From: Felis catus | Lineage: Eukaryota | Assembly: GCF_018350175.1 (NCBI RefSeq) | Contig: NC_058368.1 | Coordinates: 211,980,001-212,044,000 of the forward strand | DNA length: 64,000 nt | Reading direction: 5' to 3' | In this document: in pieces, positions 11,740 to 23,729 of the stretch | How the letters are laid out: every line of letters starts with the position of its first letter | Numbering within the stretch: the first letter of the stretch is position 1 | Translations under genes and position numbers: made by a program | Notes under the pieces: model-generated | The model's input: only the letters and a program-made list of their open reading frames with translations | What the model was told of the DNA's origin: nothing | Database searches by the model: none

Positions 11740-14700
11740 CATCCCCAGGCAAACATTGTTCTTTGTGTCTCAAGACATTTTAAAGATATTTTAAAGAAAT
11801 ATCATGTATTGGAATCATGCAAGATGTCTTTCGTGTCTGGCTTCTTGCACTTAGCATAGTATTTTTGAGGTTCATCCATGTTGTTGCATATATAAGTTGC
11901 TCACTCTTCATTGATGAACAATATTCCATTGTACTGATATATCATAGTTTGTTCATCCATTCACCAGCCGATGGACATTTGGATTATTTCCAGCTTTGGC
12001 TTTCAGCTCTAGGCTACTTTAAATACTGCTGCTGTGAATACTGCATGCAAGTCCTGTGTGGCTGTATGCTTTCATTCCTCTTGAATAGATACCTGGGAGT
12101 GGAATTGTTTGGTTATATAAAAAGTATATGTTTAGTCTTTTGAAAGACTGCCAAACTGTTTTCTAAAATAATTGTACTTTTTTACCTTCCCACCAGCAAT
12201 ATGTGAGGGTTTCAGTTTCTCCAAATCTTAGCCAACACTTGGCATTGCTAGTCTTTTAGATTATAAACATTCAAATGGGGACATAGTGGTATATATACTG
12301 ATATATAATTATGGTTTTAATTTGCATTCCCCTAATAATTAATGGTGTTGAACATCTTTTTGTAAGCTTAACGACAAGTCATATCTTTATTAAAGTGTCT
12401 GTTCAAATCTTTGGTCTGCTTTGTAATTGGTTTGTCTTCTCATTGAGTTGTAAGAACATACTGAACACAAGTCTTTTATCAGATAGATGTTTTATAAATA
12501 TTTTCTCCCTTTCTGTGTCATGTTTTTTTCTTTTTCTAAAAGACATCTTTTAAAGAGAAAAATTTTAATTTTGATGAAGTTCAGTCTATCAATTTTTTCT
12601 CTTATGTATTGTGCTTTTGGTATCGTATATAAGAAAAATTTTTGCCTTATCCAAGGTTATGATGATTTTCTTCACATATAGTTTTAGCTCTTGCATTTAG
12701 GCTCGTGATCCATTTTGAGTTAATTGTATATGGTGTGAGGTAAGTACCATCTTCATTCTTTTCCATGTGGATATCCAGTTGTCTCAGCTCTATCTCCTTT
12801 CCCATTTTCCCTGCTCTGTCCCCATTAAATTGCCTTGGCTACTTCATTAAAAATTAATTGACCTAAGAGTAAGGGTTAATTCCTGACCTCTCTATTCTCA
12901 TCCATTGACGTGTGTATTTGTCCTTACAACAGTACCACACTGTCTTGATTATGATAGCCTTACAATAAGTTTTGAAATGAGGTGGTGACTTTTTAACTTT
13001 GTTCTTCTTTGTAAAAGTTATTTTGGCTATTCTTGGTATTTTTCATTTCAATATAAATTTTAGGATCATCTGATTATTTTCTACAAAAAAAATCCAAAAT
13101 TTGACAAGGATTGTATTGAACTTATAGGTCAGTTTGGAGAGAATTTCTCAAAACTGTGTCTTCAGTCCTCAAACATGGTATGTCTCTTCAACTATTTAGA
13201 AATTCTTTATTTTTTAACTTTATTTTATTTTTTTAATGTATGAAATTTATTGTCAAATTGGTTTCCATACAACACCCAGTGCTCATCCCAAAAGATGCCC
13301 TCTTCAATGCCCATCACCTACCCTCCCCACCCTCCCACCCTCCATCAACCCTCAGTTTGTTCTCAGTTTTTTTTTCAATATATGAAATTTATTGTCAAAT
13401 TGGTTTCCATACATCACCCAGTGCTCATCCCAAAAGGTGCCCTCCTCAATACCCATCACCCACCCTCCCCCCCCTCCCCACCCCCCCCCCCCCCCCCCAT
13501 CAACCCTCAGTTTGTTCTCAGTTTTTAACAGTCTCTTATGCTTTGGCTCTCTCCCACTCTAACCTCTTTTTTTTTTTCCTTCCCCTCCCCCATGGGTTTC
13601 TGTTAAGTTTCTCAGGATCCACATAAGAGTGAAAACATATGGTATCTGTCTTTCTGTGTATGGCTTATTTCACTTAGCATCACACTCTCCAATTCCATCC
13701 ATGTTGCTACAAAGGGCCATATTTCATTTTTTCTCATTGCCACGTAGTACTCCATTGTGTATATAAACCACAATTTCTTTATCCATTCATCAGTTGATGG
13801 ACATTTAGGCTCTTTCCATAATTTGGCTATTGTTGAGAGTGCTGCTATAAACATTGGGGTACAAGTGCCCCTATGCATCAGTACTCCTGTATCCCTTGGG
13901 TAAATTCCTAGCAGTGCTACTGCTGGGTCATAGGGTAGGTCTATTTTTAATTTTCTGAGGAAACTCCACGCTGTTTTCCAGAGTGGCTACACCAGTTTGC
14001 ATTCCCACCAACAGTGCAAGAGGGTTCCTGTTTCTCCACATCCTCTCCAGCATCTATAGTCTCTTGATTTGTTCATTTTGGCCACTCTGACTGGTGTGAG
14101 GTGATATCTGAGTGTGGTTTTGATTTGTATTTCCCTGATAAGGAGTGATGTTGAGCATCTTTTCGTGTGCCTGTTGGCCATCTGGATGTCTCCTTTAGAG
14201 AAGTGTCTATTCATGTTTTCTGCCCATTTCTTCACTGGATTTTTTGTTTTTCAGGTGTGGAGTTTGGTGAGCTCTTTTAGAAATTCTTTAATTAATCTCA
14301 GTGAAATTTTATAGCTTTCAGGGTATAAATCCTGCATGTGTACTTAAAAATTGACTTGTAATTATTCTATTCTTTCTGTTGCTACTGAGAATAGAACTGT
14401 TTTCTTCATTCTATTTTTTGGGTTTTTTGTTTCTAGTATAGACATACAGTTAATTTTTCTATATTGACCTTGTGTCTTGAAATCTTGCTAAATTCACACG
14501 TTATGAATAGTAAGTTTTTTGAAGTTTTTTTTAGGATTTTCTAAATACAGGTTTATGTTTTCAGAGGAAGACAATTTTAATTTTTTCCAATCTGTATGAC
14601 TTTAATTTTTTTTTCTTATCTTATTACACAGGCTAGAACCACTGGTACAGCATTGAATGAAACTAATGAGAGGGGACATGTTTTCTTGTTCTCAGTCTTA

Positions 14701-15300
14701 GGGAGAAAGCATTCTGTTTTTTATCATTAACTATGAATCTAGCTGTAGGGATTTTTTTAAACATTCTTTTTATCATGTCAAGGAATATGCCTTATATATC
14801 TAGTTTATTGAGAGTTTTGTTATGTATGGGTGACTGATTTTTGTCAAGGACTTTTTCTACATCTATTGAGATGGTCATGTAATTTTTGTCCTTTATTAAC
14901 ATGATATTTTATAATAATTGATATTTGGAAATTAAATGGACCTTACATTCATGGAATAAATCCCACTTGGTCATGGTGTATACACCTTTTCATATATTGC
15001 CAAATTCAGTTTTTTAAGAATTTTTTGAACATATTTACAGTTATGTTCATGAGGAATATTATTCTTTAGTTTTCTTGTGATGTCTTGAAGTTTTTGTTAA
15101 CTTTAATGTCCTAGTAATACTGATTTCAGAAAAAGTTGGAAAGTTTTACCTTCTGTTCTACTTTCTGAAAGAGTTTATATAGGATTGGTATTATTTCTTC
15201 CTTAAATACTTGGTAGAATTTACCAGTGAATACATTGGGCCTAAACTTTTCTTTGTGGGAAATTTTTAACTACTGATTCAGGTTTTCAAAAAATTTTATT
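11740..15300 (-). mobile_element. old L1 (ORF2 to 3'UTR remnant) interrupted by a young L1
   Basis: Diverged reverse L1 ORF2 motifs throughout, e.g. tggttttaatttgcattcccctaataatt and aaatcccacttggtcatggtgtat. Confidence 0.85.
13210..14275 (-). mobile_element. young felid L1, 5'-truncated, with duplicated 3' end
   Basis: ORF2 C-terminal peptides ([23 protein letters not shown]); 15-bp TSD tttagaaattcttta 13195-13209 and 14276-14290. Confidence 0.95.
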
Positions 15301-15481
15301 TGTTGTATATATGAATTGAGATTCTCCATCTTGTAACCTTACAGCATACAGTCTGAGAGGCTAAATGTCCCAAGAACCTAGGTCTGTGGCTATGGCTGTG
15401 CTGTCGATTTAATCTCAGGAAACACTTGAGATTCCTAATGCATTATGGCAACAAGTATGATACATCTGCCACAGTATTCTT

Positions 15482-15678
15482 AATGTTTATTTATTTTTGA
15501 GAGAGAGAGAGAGCAGGGGAGAGGAAGAGAGAGAGGGAGACACAGAATCTGAAGCAGGCTGCAGGCTCTGAGCTGTCAGCAGAGAGCCCAATGCAGGGCT
15601 CGAACCCACGAACCGGGAGATCATGACCTGAGCCAAAGTCAGATGGGTAACAGACTGAGCCACCCAGGCTCCCCTGAC
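15482..15678 (-). mobile_element. Can-SINE
   Basis: SINE body; TSD acagtattctt 15471-15481 and 15682-15692. Confidence 0.93.
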
Positions 15679-16002
15679 GCTACAGTATTCTTGGTGAGAG
15701 TAAAAAAGAAGGAAAGAGAAGGTGTTTGTCAGTTTTTACCTTGAAACTTCAAGTTTTACCTTTGGAAACTTCTGCTGTCCTACCACTGAGATTCTCTGAT
15801 GACGTTACTCCTGCTGCATGACTTCCAGTAACTCCTGACATGTTGCTGGCAGTGAGAAGGGGAAAGACCACTTTTATATTTATTATACGCAGCTCAAGAA
15901 GGAGTTACAAAAATAAAGAAGTCAGCTGGGCAGCAAAAGGTGCCTGACACAGAGGGAGGAAGTTAGCTGTCACCTTTTGAAGCAGTGTGATTTAGAAAAC
16001 AT

Positions 16003-16234
16003 TTTAATTTAATTTAATTTAATTTAATTCAATTTTATTTTATTTTATTTTATTTTATTTTATTTTATTTTATTTTATTTTATTTTATTTTACTTATTCT
16101 AAAGGGAGGGGTGAGCAGAGGGAGAGAGAGAGAGAATTTTAAGCAGGCTCCACCCTCAGTGCAGGACTCTGGGATCATGACCTGAGCCGAAATCATGAGT
16201 CAGGTACTCAACCGACTGAGCCACCCAGCTGCCC
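16003..16234 (-). mobile_element. Can-SINE with (ATTTT)n-expanded tail
   Basis: SINE head in reverse; TSD tagaaaacatttt. Confidence 0.9.
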
Positions 16235-16642
16235 CTAGAAAACATTTTGAGTATATTAGCCTGATGAAGTCCTGAATACCATTGAAGAATTAGTATTTGG
16301 TGGCATAAATGAAAATTCAGACTCTTTTTTTTTAGAAGATCTTTCTTTACATAGGAAACTCCCCAGTCCTGTTTTCTTTTCTTGTCGGTCTGTGGGATCA
16401 CCGTAGCTTACTCTCCTTCAGCTCTTCCAATTCCTGTCAAAACCTTACCTTCATGGGACACCCTCAGTTTTTATTGAGAGGTGGAAGAAAGAAAGCAGCC
16501 ACATGATGATCACTTGTGCTTTTTGTCTATCAACACACTATTGAGCCCATATCTCGTAAGCATCTCACTGTTCTCTGCATGGGTGTGTCAGATTGCCGGT
16601 ATCAGAAGGCATCTTCCGTCACTTAAAATTTGGTGCACTTTC

Positions 16643-16856
16643 GGGGCGCCTGGGTGGCGCAGTCGGTTAAGCGTCCGACTTCAGCCAGGTCACGATCTCG
16701 CGGTCCGTGAGTTGGAGCCCTGCATCAGGCTTTGGGCTGATGGCTCAGAGCCTGGAGCCTGTTTCCGATTCTGTGTCTCCCTCTCTCTCTGCCCCTCCCC
16801 CGTTCATGCTCTGTCTCTCTCTGTCCCAAAAATAAATAAAAACGTTGGAAAAAAAA
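16643..16856 (+). mobile_element. young SINEC_Fc-type SINE
   Basis: CpG-rich ggggcgcctgggtggcgcagtcggttaagcgtccgacttcagccaggtcacg; TSD ttggtgcactttc. Confidence 0.96.
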
Positions 16857-17663
16857 TTGGTGCACTTTCTTCTTACAGAGAACAAGAATCCTGTAAATCA
16901 TCTGATCTCCTTTATAACTGGCCAACAGGAAAGCTCAAGGCAAATTTATTAATTGTAGTCACGCTCAATTTCAGTCTTCGTGGTAAAGGTACTTGAATTT
17001 TACCCTTCTTCATGGATTTCATTTTCTACCTTTGTCTTGTATGTGTGGGTTCTTTTTAGAAATAACCTTGCATGCTTTTGGTGATGAGCAGTATATACGT
17101 TCAAAAGAAGTCATGTTCTGTCCGTGGCTGCAAGCAAAATAGTGACGGTGATCATGTCATTGTTTTTGTTGATGCTCAACGGCCTCCTCGCTCCCACCCC
17201 CACCCTGAGTCTCTCCTCAGGCCCTTTATCCACCTCAGAAATCCTATTCTCTCATATTCCTCCATTTGCTGCCCTGTCCCTCCACAACCCCAAAGTATAA
17301 ATGATTTCAATTTATAGTACAAACAGTTTTAGTTATTCATCCTCAAGAGGGGTTCATATTTCCTGGGGCCAAAAGCCCTGAGATAAAGAGAAGAGGTTCC
17401 GTTGATGTGCCAACAGTGCTTTCTCTGAGCATGGGGACATTCTTGGCGCTTTTCCTCCAGCGGTTCCCAAACACCATCACACTGACTTTCAGCAGCAGAG
17501 TAGAAGAGGCAGGATTCTCAGGCCCTTGTCACCCAGCGATTCTGATGCAGTAGGTTTCAGCTGGAGACTCAGAATCTGAATTTTTACAGCATGCCTCTCT
17601 TTCCTCCCCTTGGTGAGTTTCAGTGTCATGGTATCATTTTCCAAAAGTTGAAAACACGATTTT

Positions 17664-17666
<3 letters not shown>

Positions 17667-17712
<46 letters not shown>
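17667..17712. repeat. (CA)n microsatellite
   Basis: Seen directly. Confidence 0.95.
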
Positions 17713-17713
<1 letters not shown>

Positions 17714-18002
17714 TGAAAGTTTAATTCATTAAAGAGGGAACCGGCAGCATAGTAACTCTAGTATAAGAAGAACACAAGGAACAACTAATAAGTGAGAGCG
17801 TTGGGATATGAGTGCCAGGTCAGACACAAAATGGGTTAATGTTATATGAGGCAATAAAAACTAACCTTCAGGGTTATGTTCTGTACTGGGCAGTAGCCAT
17901 TTGCATTTCTGCTGAGCAAAATCATTTTCAACTTTTCAGTCTTGTACAAATTAACCCTAACTTCACAGGGTCTGGACTCTTATCAAAGGTAAATAGTAAC
18001 AC

Positions 18003-18100
18003 TGGCATGTGGCTGGTTCAGTCAGAAGAGCATGTGACTCTTGATCTCAGGGTCATGAGTTTGGGAGTAGAGATCACTTAAAAAAGTCTTTAAAAAAAAG
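18003..18100 (+). mobile_element. short Can-SINE fragment
   Basis: gtggctggttcagtcagaagagcatgtgactcttgatctcagggtcatgagtt plus A tail. Confidence 0.75.
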
Positions 18101-18319
18101 TAAATTGTAACTCAAGTAAGAACACATTCTTCTAGAGAGTTGGCCTTTTAGTGGGCTTGTTGGTGTGTTAGTATGAAGTCAAAAGGAAATGCTTTATTTT
18201 ATTTGCATTATTCCAAACATTTTGATAGTTTTTCGTAATGTGTACAACCACGCTTAGGAAAAAACTGGCATAGTTCACTTCCATACAAGCAATCCCAAAA
18301 TGTATTTGGTGCCAAATTA

Positions 18320-18580
18320 GCTTAAATGTCAGTTCCTCTGGAGAGTCTTTTCTGGAATTCCAAGGTTCTCATGTACTCTTACAGAATCCTATACTTTCCT
18401 TATCCGGACTTTTATTACAATATGCTTTAGTTGCTTATTATTTCTCTGTGTTCCTCACTGGAGTGTAAACTCCACAAGGGCAGGAGGACCTAGTTTGTTC
18501 ACTGTTGTATTTTCAAGGCTTTGAAGAAGCTGCCACACAGGAAACCCCTAGTGCATGCTTCTTGATTGGGTGAATGAAAG
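18320..18580 (+). mobile_element. L2 3' fragment
   Basis: cttaaatgtcagttcctc...cactggagtgtaaactccacaagggcagga...ttgttcactgttgtatt. Confidence 0.6.
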
Positions 18581-19503
18581 TTGTGATCTCCGATCAGGTT
18601 AGTGTGAAGTTAAACAAAAATCCAACATCGTGGATTCAGAGGAAACCCAGCCAGCTGCTTTCCTTGGGCAGTGCTTGATGGTCAGCTGCTTCTTAACAGT
18701 GTTTCTCTTGATAAAGGGCCAGCTCAGTCCTCTTTCCCCCTTTCACAATAAGGGATTGTGTGTCTTCAGGAAAAATCAGCCATCATCAATATCCTAAAAA
18801 AAGCTCTTTTTTTAGTAGCTTGATGTATGTGGCCCTGTGCTGGGCTCCTGAGAAGAAGGCATTCAACATCATCAAGGCCTGGGGTTGGGGTTGAGCAGGA
18901 TACAAGGTGTAGGGTAGACAAAGAAAACTGATACACAGGATCTTTCTTCTACCCAGTTTTATGCATATAGTTAAGTCCATGCAAAGACAGGGAGTTGGGG
19001 GTAATTCTGAGTCCAATGACTAAGAATTTACATAGAAAACCAGACCCTAGTGTATCGTACTGATGGCCACACTGGTGTAGCTATGACAAGCTATGACATA
19101 GGCTCTGTGGGTGACACACATGATGCCAGGCCATCAACTGTTTGAGAACAGGCTTTCATTTTGTAGAGAATATAGTTCACCCATCAAGCAGCCAGGGGTG
19201 TCTTTAAGCTCTCTAAGTAAGAAGAAGAAAAACTAGAGGGGCATGGTTCTTAAAGCTGTGAAAACTTCTCTGCCTGCTATTACCAAGTTCCAACCAAAAT
19301 ATCAAGAACATGACTTTCTTAGTATCAAGTAGACCGGTTATTGAGAAGTTGGCCAAAGAGATACTGTGTTGAGCCCAAATTCAAGAGGAGACAGGCCCTG
19401 GAACCTGAAATATAACTGAACAAAAAGATGAGTGACACCTGTTTTTCTTAAAAGAACAAAGAAGAATTGGAATGGAAGATTCAATCAATCAAGAACAGCT
19501 CAC

Positions 19504-19749
19504 ATTTTTTCTGGAATTCTGGATATCCCTTGTACCTTTTGTATCTGGGCTTTGTGCAGTGTTTTCACTTGTCTAAAAGTTTATACTTTGCAATGTAAAG
19601 TACTATTCGTTCTTGAAGGCCCAGATCACAAATACCTCCTTTATGAAATCGTCCCAGATGGAATTAATGTCTTTCTCTTTATACTTCCCCAGTGTGGTAT
19701 CTGTTGCTTCTCACTGCCCACTTTGTATTAGACTTGTTCATGCCTGTAT
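19504..19749 (-). pseudogene. candidate decayed exon (246 nt)
   Basis: Acceptor cttgtattttgccttccag|ATA and donor AAT|gtgagc; frame with ...GICDLGLQERIVLYIAKYKLLDK*KHCTKPRYKRYKGYPEFQK (3 stops). Confidence 0.4.
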
Positions 19750-19901
19750 CTGGAAGGCAAAATACAAGCCTTATTCATATGTACATCACATGTGGTGGTG
19801 CTTGTCTTAATGCACTTCAAATAGTAAGTGCTCAAAATAAATTGAATCTAATGAAAACTTATCCAGTATGTACCAGCTCAGCTCTTAAGAGTAAAGCAGA
19901 C

Positions 19902-20058
19902 CTGGGGCACCAGTTAAGCATCCAAATCTTGATTTGGACTCAGGTCACGATCTCATGGTTGGTGAATTTGAGCCCCGCATTCTCTCTCTCTGCCCCTCCC
20001 CTGCTCGATCTATGTCTGTGTCTCTCAAAATAAATAAATAAACTTAAAAAAAAAAAAA
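19902..20058 (+). mobile_element. Can-SINE (internally deleted)
   Basis: SINE body and A tail; TSD-like aagagt(aaag/caaa)cagacct. Confidence 0.85.
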
Positions 20059-20864
20059 GAGTCAAACAGACCTGTCTTTTAAGACAGAACTCTGTGCAAA
20101 GGGATGAAGCAATAGTCTAGTGGCTTCTTTCCAAGAATCCTGGAGAAGAAGACTCAATTTTCATTCATGTATATACTTTATTATGTATGCATGAAGTCAC
20201 AAAGGGGACCTGTCTCCATTTCTTTTCCTGAAACATATATATTTTTAATTCTGCCATGTTCTGATCTCCCGTGTTTTCTAAATGAATAATAGAACATCTT
20301 AGGAGGGGTTATGTCTAGATCACAATGGTATATACGTTTCCTTTCAGAATGTCAAGTTTTATTAATTGGTAGAGGATGCCTGGCTAGCTTGCTGAGAGGA
20401 TCTGTAAGGGGCATAGAAGATGTGGAGAGTGTGCCAGAAATGAATAGTAGTGTCTGCTGAACACAGTACAGGGCCATGTAGGTGAGGCAGGCGGCAGCCT
20501 GTGGACCATGTTTTTTGCCATCTCTGGTGTAGGTGGATTATACTAGCTTTGTACAAGGAAATGGCTCCTGAGAATCTAAAATTAAAATTACACAGAATTT
20601 ACTTATTGAAAGAGACCTCAAAAGGTACCTAGTCTGCAACATAATTTTCCTTGGCAATGTTATCATTTTAAGGACCGTGGATATATATTTTCTCCTTTTT
20701 TTGGCAATTTTTGTTTATATTGTGGTAAAATACACATAATACAGAATTTATCTTAACCATTTCTACATTTACAGTTCTGTGCAATTAAATATATGTACAT
20801 TAAGAATGGGATACATCCATCCCCAGAACTCCTCTCATCTTGCAAAAATTGAAACTCTCTACTT

Positions 20865-21000
20865 TTTTCTTTCTTTTTTTAAGTAGGCTCCACGCCCAGT
20901 GTGGAGCCCAGTGCAGAACTTGAACTCATAACCCTGAGATCAAGACCAGAGTTGAGATCAACAGTTGGATGCCTAACAAACTGAGCCATCCAGGCACCCC
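20865..21000 (-). mobile_element. Can-SINE
   Basis: aagtaggctccacgccc...ctgagccatccaggcacccc. Confidence 0.85.
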
Positions 21001-22502
21001 AAACTCTGTACTATTAAACAAACTTTATTTTTAAAATTTTACTTTTTTAAGGGAAGATTTGGGTTCACATCATAATTAAGATAAAGGTGCAGAGATTTTC
21101 CATATACTCCCTGCCCCTACATATACATGGCCTCTCCTGTTATCAACACTCCCTGCTAGAATGGTACATTTGTTACAATTGATGAACCTATATTGACGCA
21201 TCATACTCACTCAAAGTCCATAGTTATATTAGAGTTCACTCTTGGTGTTGTATATCCTATGGGTTTGGACATGTATTCATTAATATATTATTATACAGAA
21301 TATTTTCACTGCCCTAAAAATCCTCTGTGCTCTGCCTATTTGCCCCCCCCTCCCCCGCCCCCCCCCCCGCCCCCAGTTTCTGGCATCAACTGATTTTATT
21401 ACTGTCTGCATAGTTTTGCCTTTTCCAGAATGCCAAATAGTTGGAATCATACAGTATGTAGCCTTTTCAGATTGGCTTCTTTCACTTAGTATTGTGAATT
21501 TAAGTTACTCCGTGTCTTTTCATGGTTTGATAGCTCATTTCTTTTTAATGCAGAATAATACTCCTTTGTCTGGATGTACCACACTTAATTCATTTATTCA
21601 CCTACTGAGAGACATCTTGTTTGCTTCCAAGGGTTGGCAATTATGAATAAAGCTGCTATGAGTGCAAGTTTTTGTGTGGATATAAGTTTTCAACTCCTTT
21701 GAGTAAACACCAAGGAGCTCGATTGCTGGATTGTATGGTGAGAGTATGTTTAGTTTTGTAAGAATTCAATCTGTCTTCCAATGTGGCTGTACCATTTTGC
21801 ATTTGCACCAGCAATGAATGAGAGTTCCTGTTGATCTACATCCTCATCAACATTTGATGTTGTCAATGTTCCAGACTTGGGCCATTTTAATAGGTGTACA
21901 GAGATAACTTTTTGTTGTTTTAATATGTATTTCCCTAATAACATATGATGTGATGCATCTCTTCATATTTTTAGTTGCCATCTGTGTATCTCTTTTGGTG
22001 AGATGTCTTTTAAGGTCTTTGGCCCATTTTTAAATTGGATTGTTTGTTTTCTTATTGTTGAGTTTGAGAATTCTTGTTATATTTTGAATAACAATCTTTT
22101 ATCAGATGTGTATCTTGTGAATATTTTGTCCCAGTCTGTGGCTTGTCTTCTTACTGTCTTGATGTTGTATTTTACAGAGCATGAATTTTTAATTTTAATG
22201 AAGGGCAGCTTATCAATTATTTGTTTCCTGGATCATGACTTTGTATTGTATCTTAAGGTCATTGCCAGACCCAAGATGATCTAGGTTTTCTTCTATGTTA
22301 TCTTCTAGGAATTGAATAGTTTTGTGTTGTACATGTAGGTCTGTAATGCATTTTGAGTTAATTTTTGTGAAGGGTATAATGTCTGTGTCTAGATTCCTTT
22401 TTTTCCTTTCTGCATGTGGAAGTCTGGTTGTTGCAGCTGTTTAATAATAAATCTTGAAGTTGGGTAGTGTCAGTCCTCAACTCTGTTCTCCAGTATTGTG
22501 TT

Positions 22503-22535
<33 letters not shown>

Positions 22536-23000
22536 CTTCCCATATAAACTTTAGAATTAGTTTGTTAATATCCACAAAATAATTTTCTGGGATTTTGATT
22601 GGGATTGCATTGAATATATAGGCCAAGTTGGGAAGAACGGATATCTTGACAACATTGAGTCTTCCTATCCATGAACTTGGATCATCTCTTCAATTATTTA
22701 CTTCTTTGATTTTCTTCATCAGAGTTTTTTCCTCTATAGACTTTTTGCTTATTTTGTTAGATTTATACCCAAGTATTTTATTTTGGGGGTACTAATTTAA
22801 ATGATATTGTGTTTTTAATTTTAAATTTTATTTGTTCATTGCTGGTATATAAGAAAGGAATTGACTTCTGTGTATTAACTTGTGTCCTACAAATTTGCTA
22901 TAAATTCTTATTAGTTCCAGGGGTTTTGTTGTTGTTGTTATTGTTGATGCTTCTTTTGTATTTTTTTAATTTTATTTTTTATTTTTTAAAACTTACATCC

Positions 23001-23216
23001 GGGGTGCCTGGGTGGCTCAGTCGGTTAAGCGTCCGACTTCACCTCAGGTCACGATCTCACGGTATGTGAGTTCGAGCCCCGCGTCGGGCTCTGTGCTGAC
23101 TGCTCAGAGCCTGGAGCCTGTTTCGGATTCTGTGTCTCCCTCTCTCTCTGACCCTCCCCCATTCATGCTCTGTCTCTCTCTGTCTCAAAAACAAATAAAA
23201 ACGTTAAAAAAAAAAT
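23001..23216 (+). mobile_element. Can-SINE nested in L1 tail
   Basis: SINE body; TSD ttaaaacttacatcc. Confidence 0.95.
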
Positions 23217-23560
23217 TTAAAACTTACATCCAAATTAGTTAGCATATAGTACAACAGTGATTTCAGGAATAGATTCTTTAATGTCTCTTACCCATTTAGC
23301 ACATCCCCCCTCCCACAACCCCTCCAGTTACCCTCCATATTTAAGAGTCTCTTATGTTTTGTTCCCCTCCCTGTTCTTACATTATTTTTGCTTCCCTTCC
23401 CTTATGTTCATCTGTTGTGTCTTAAAGTCCTCAAATGAGTGAAGTCATATGATATTTGTCTTTCTCTGACTAATTTTGCTTAGCATAGTACCCTCAGTTC
23501 CATCCACATAGTTGCAAATGGCAAGATTTCATTCTTTTTGATTGCTGAGTAATACTCCAT

Positions 23561-23561
<1 letters not shown>

Positions 23562-23592
<31 letters not shown>

Positions 23593-23673
23593 CATATATA
23601 TGTATATATATATACAGTACATATATATGTGTGTGTGTATATATATACATATATATGTATATATATATACAGT

Positions 23674-23719
<46 letters not shown>

Positions 23720-23729
23720 ATATATATAT
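23562..23729. repeat. compound (TG)/(TA)n microsatellite within L1
   Basis: Seen directly. Confidence 0.95.

Noticed and set aside
7029..19749. Assigning the relic gene to GREB1, TEX15/TASOR, SAM-domain or BTB families
   Set aside because: Only vague motif resemblances by eye (e.g. RPCCVLPAV, DDFIKE/GICDLG, GHPFPA), in inconsistent frames; not enough to name it
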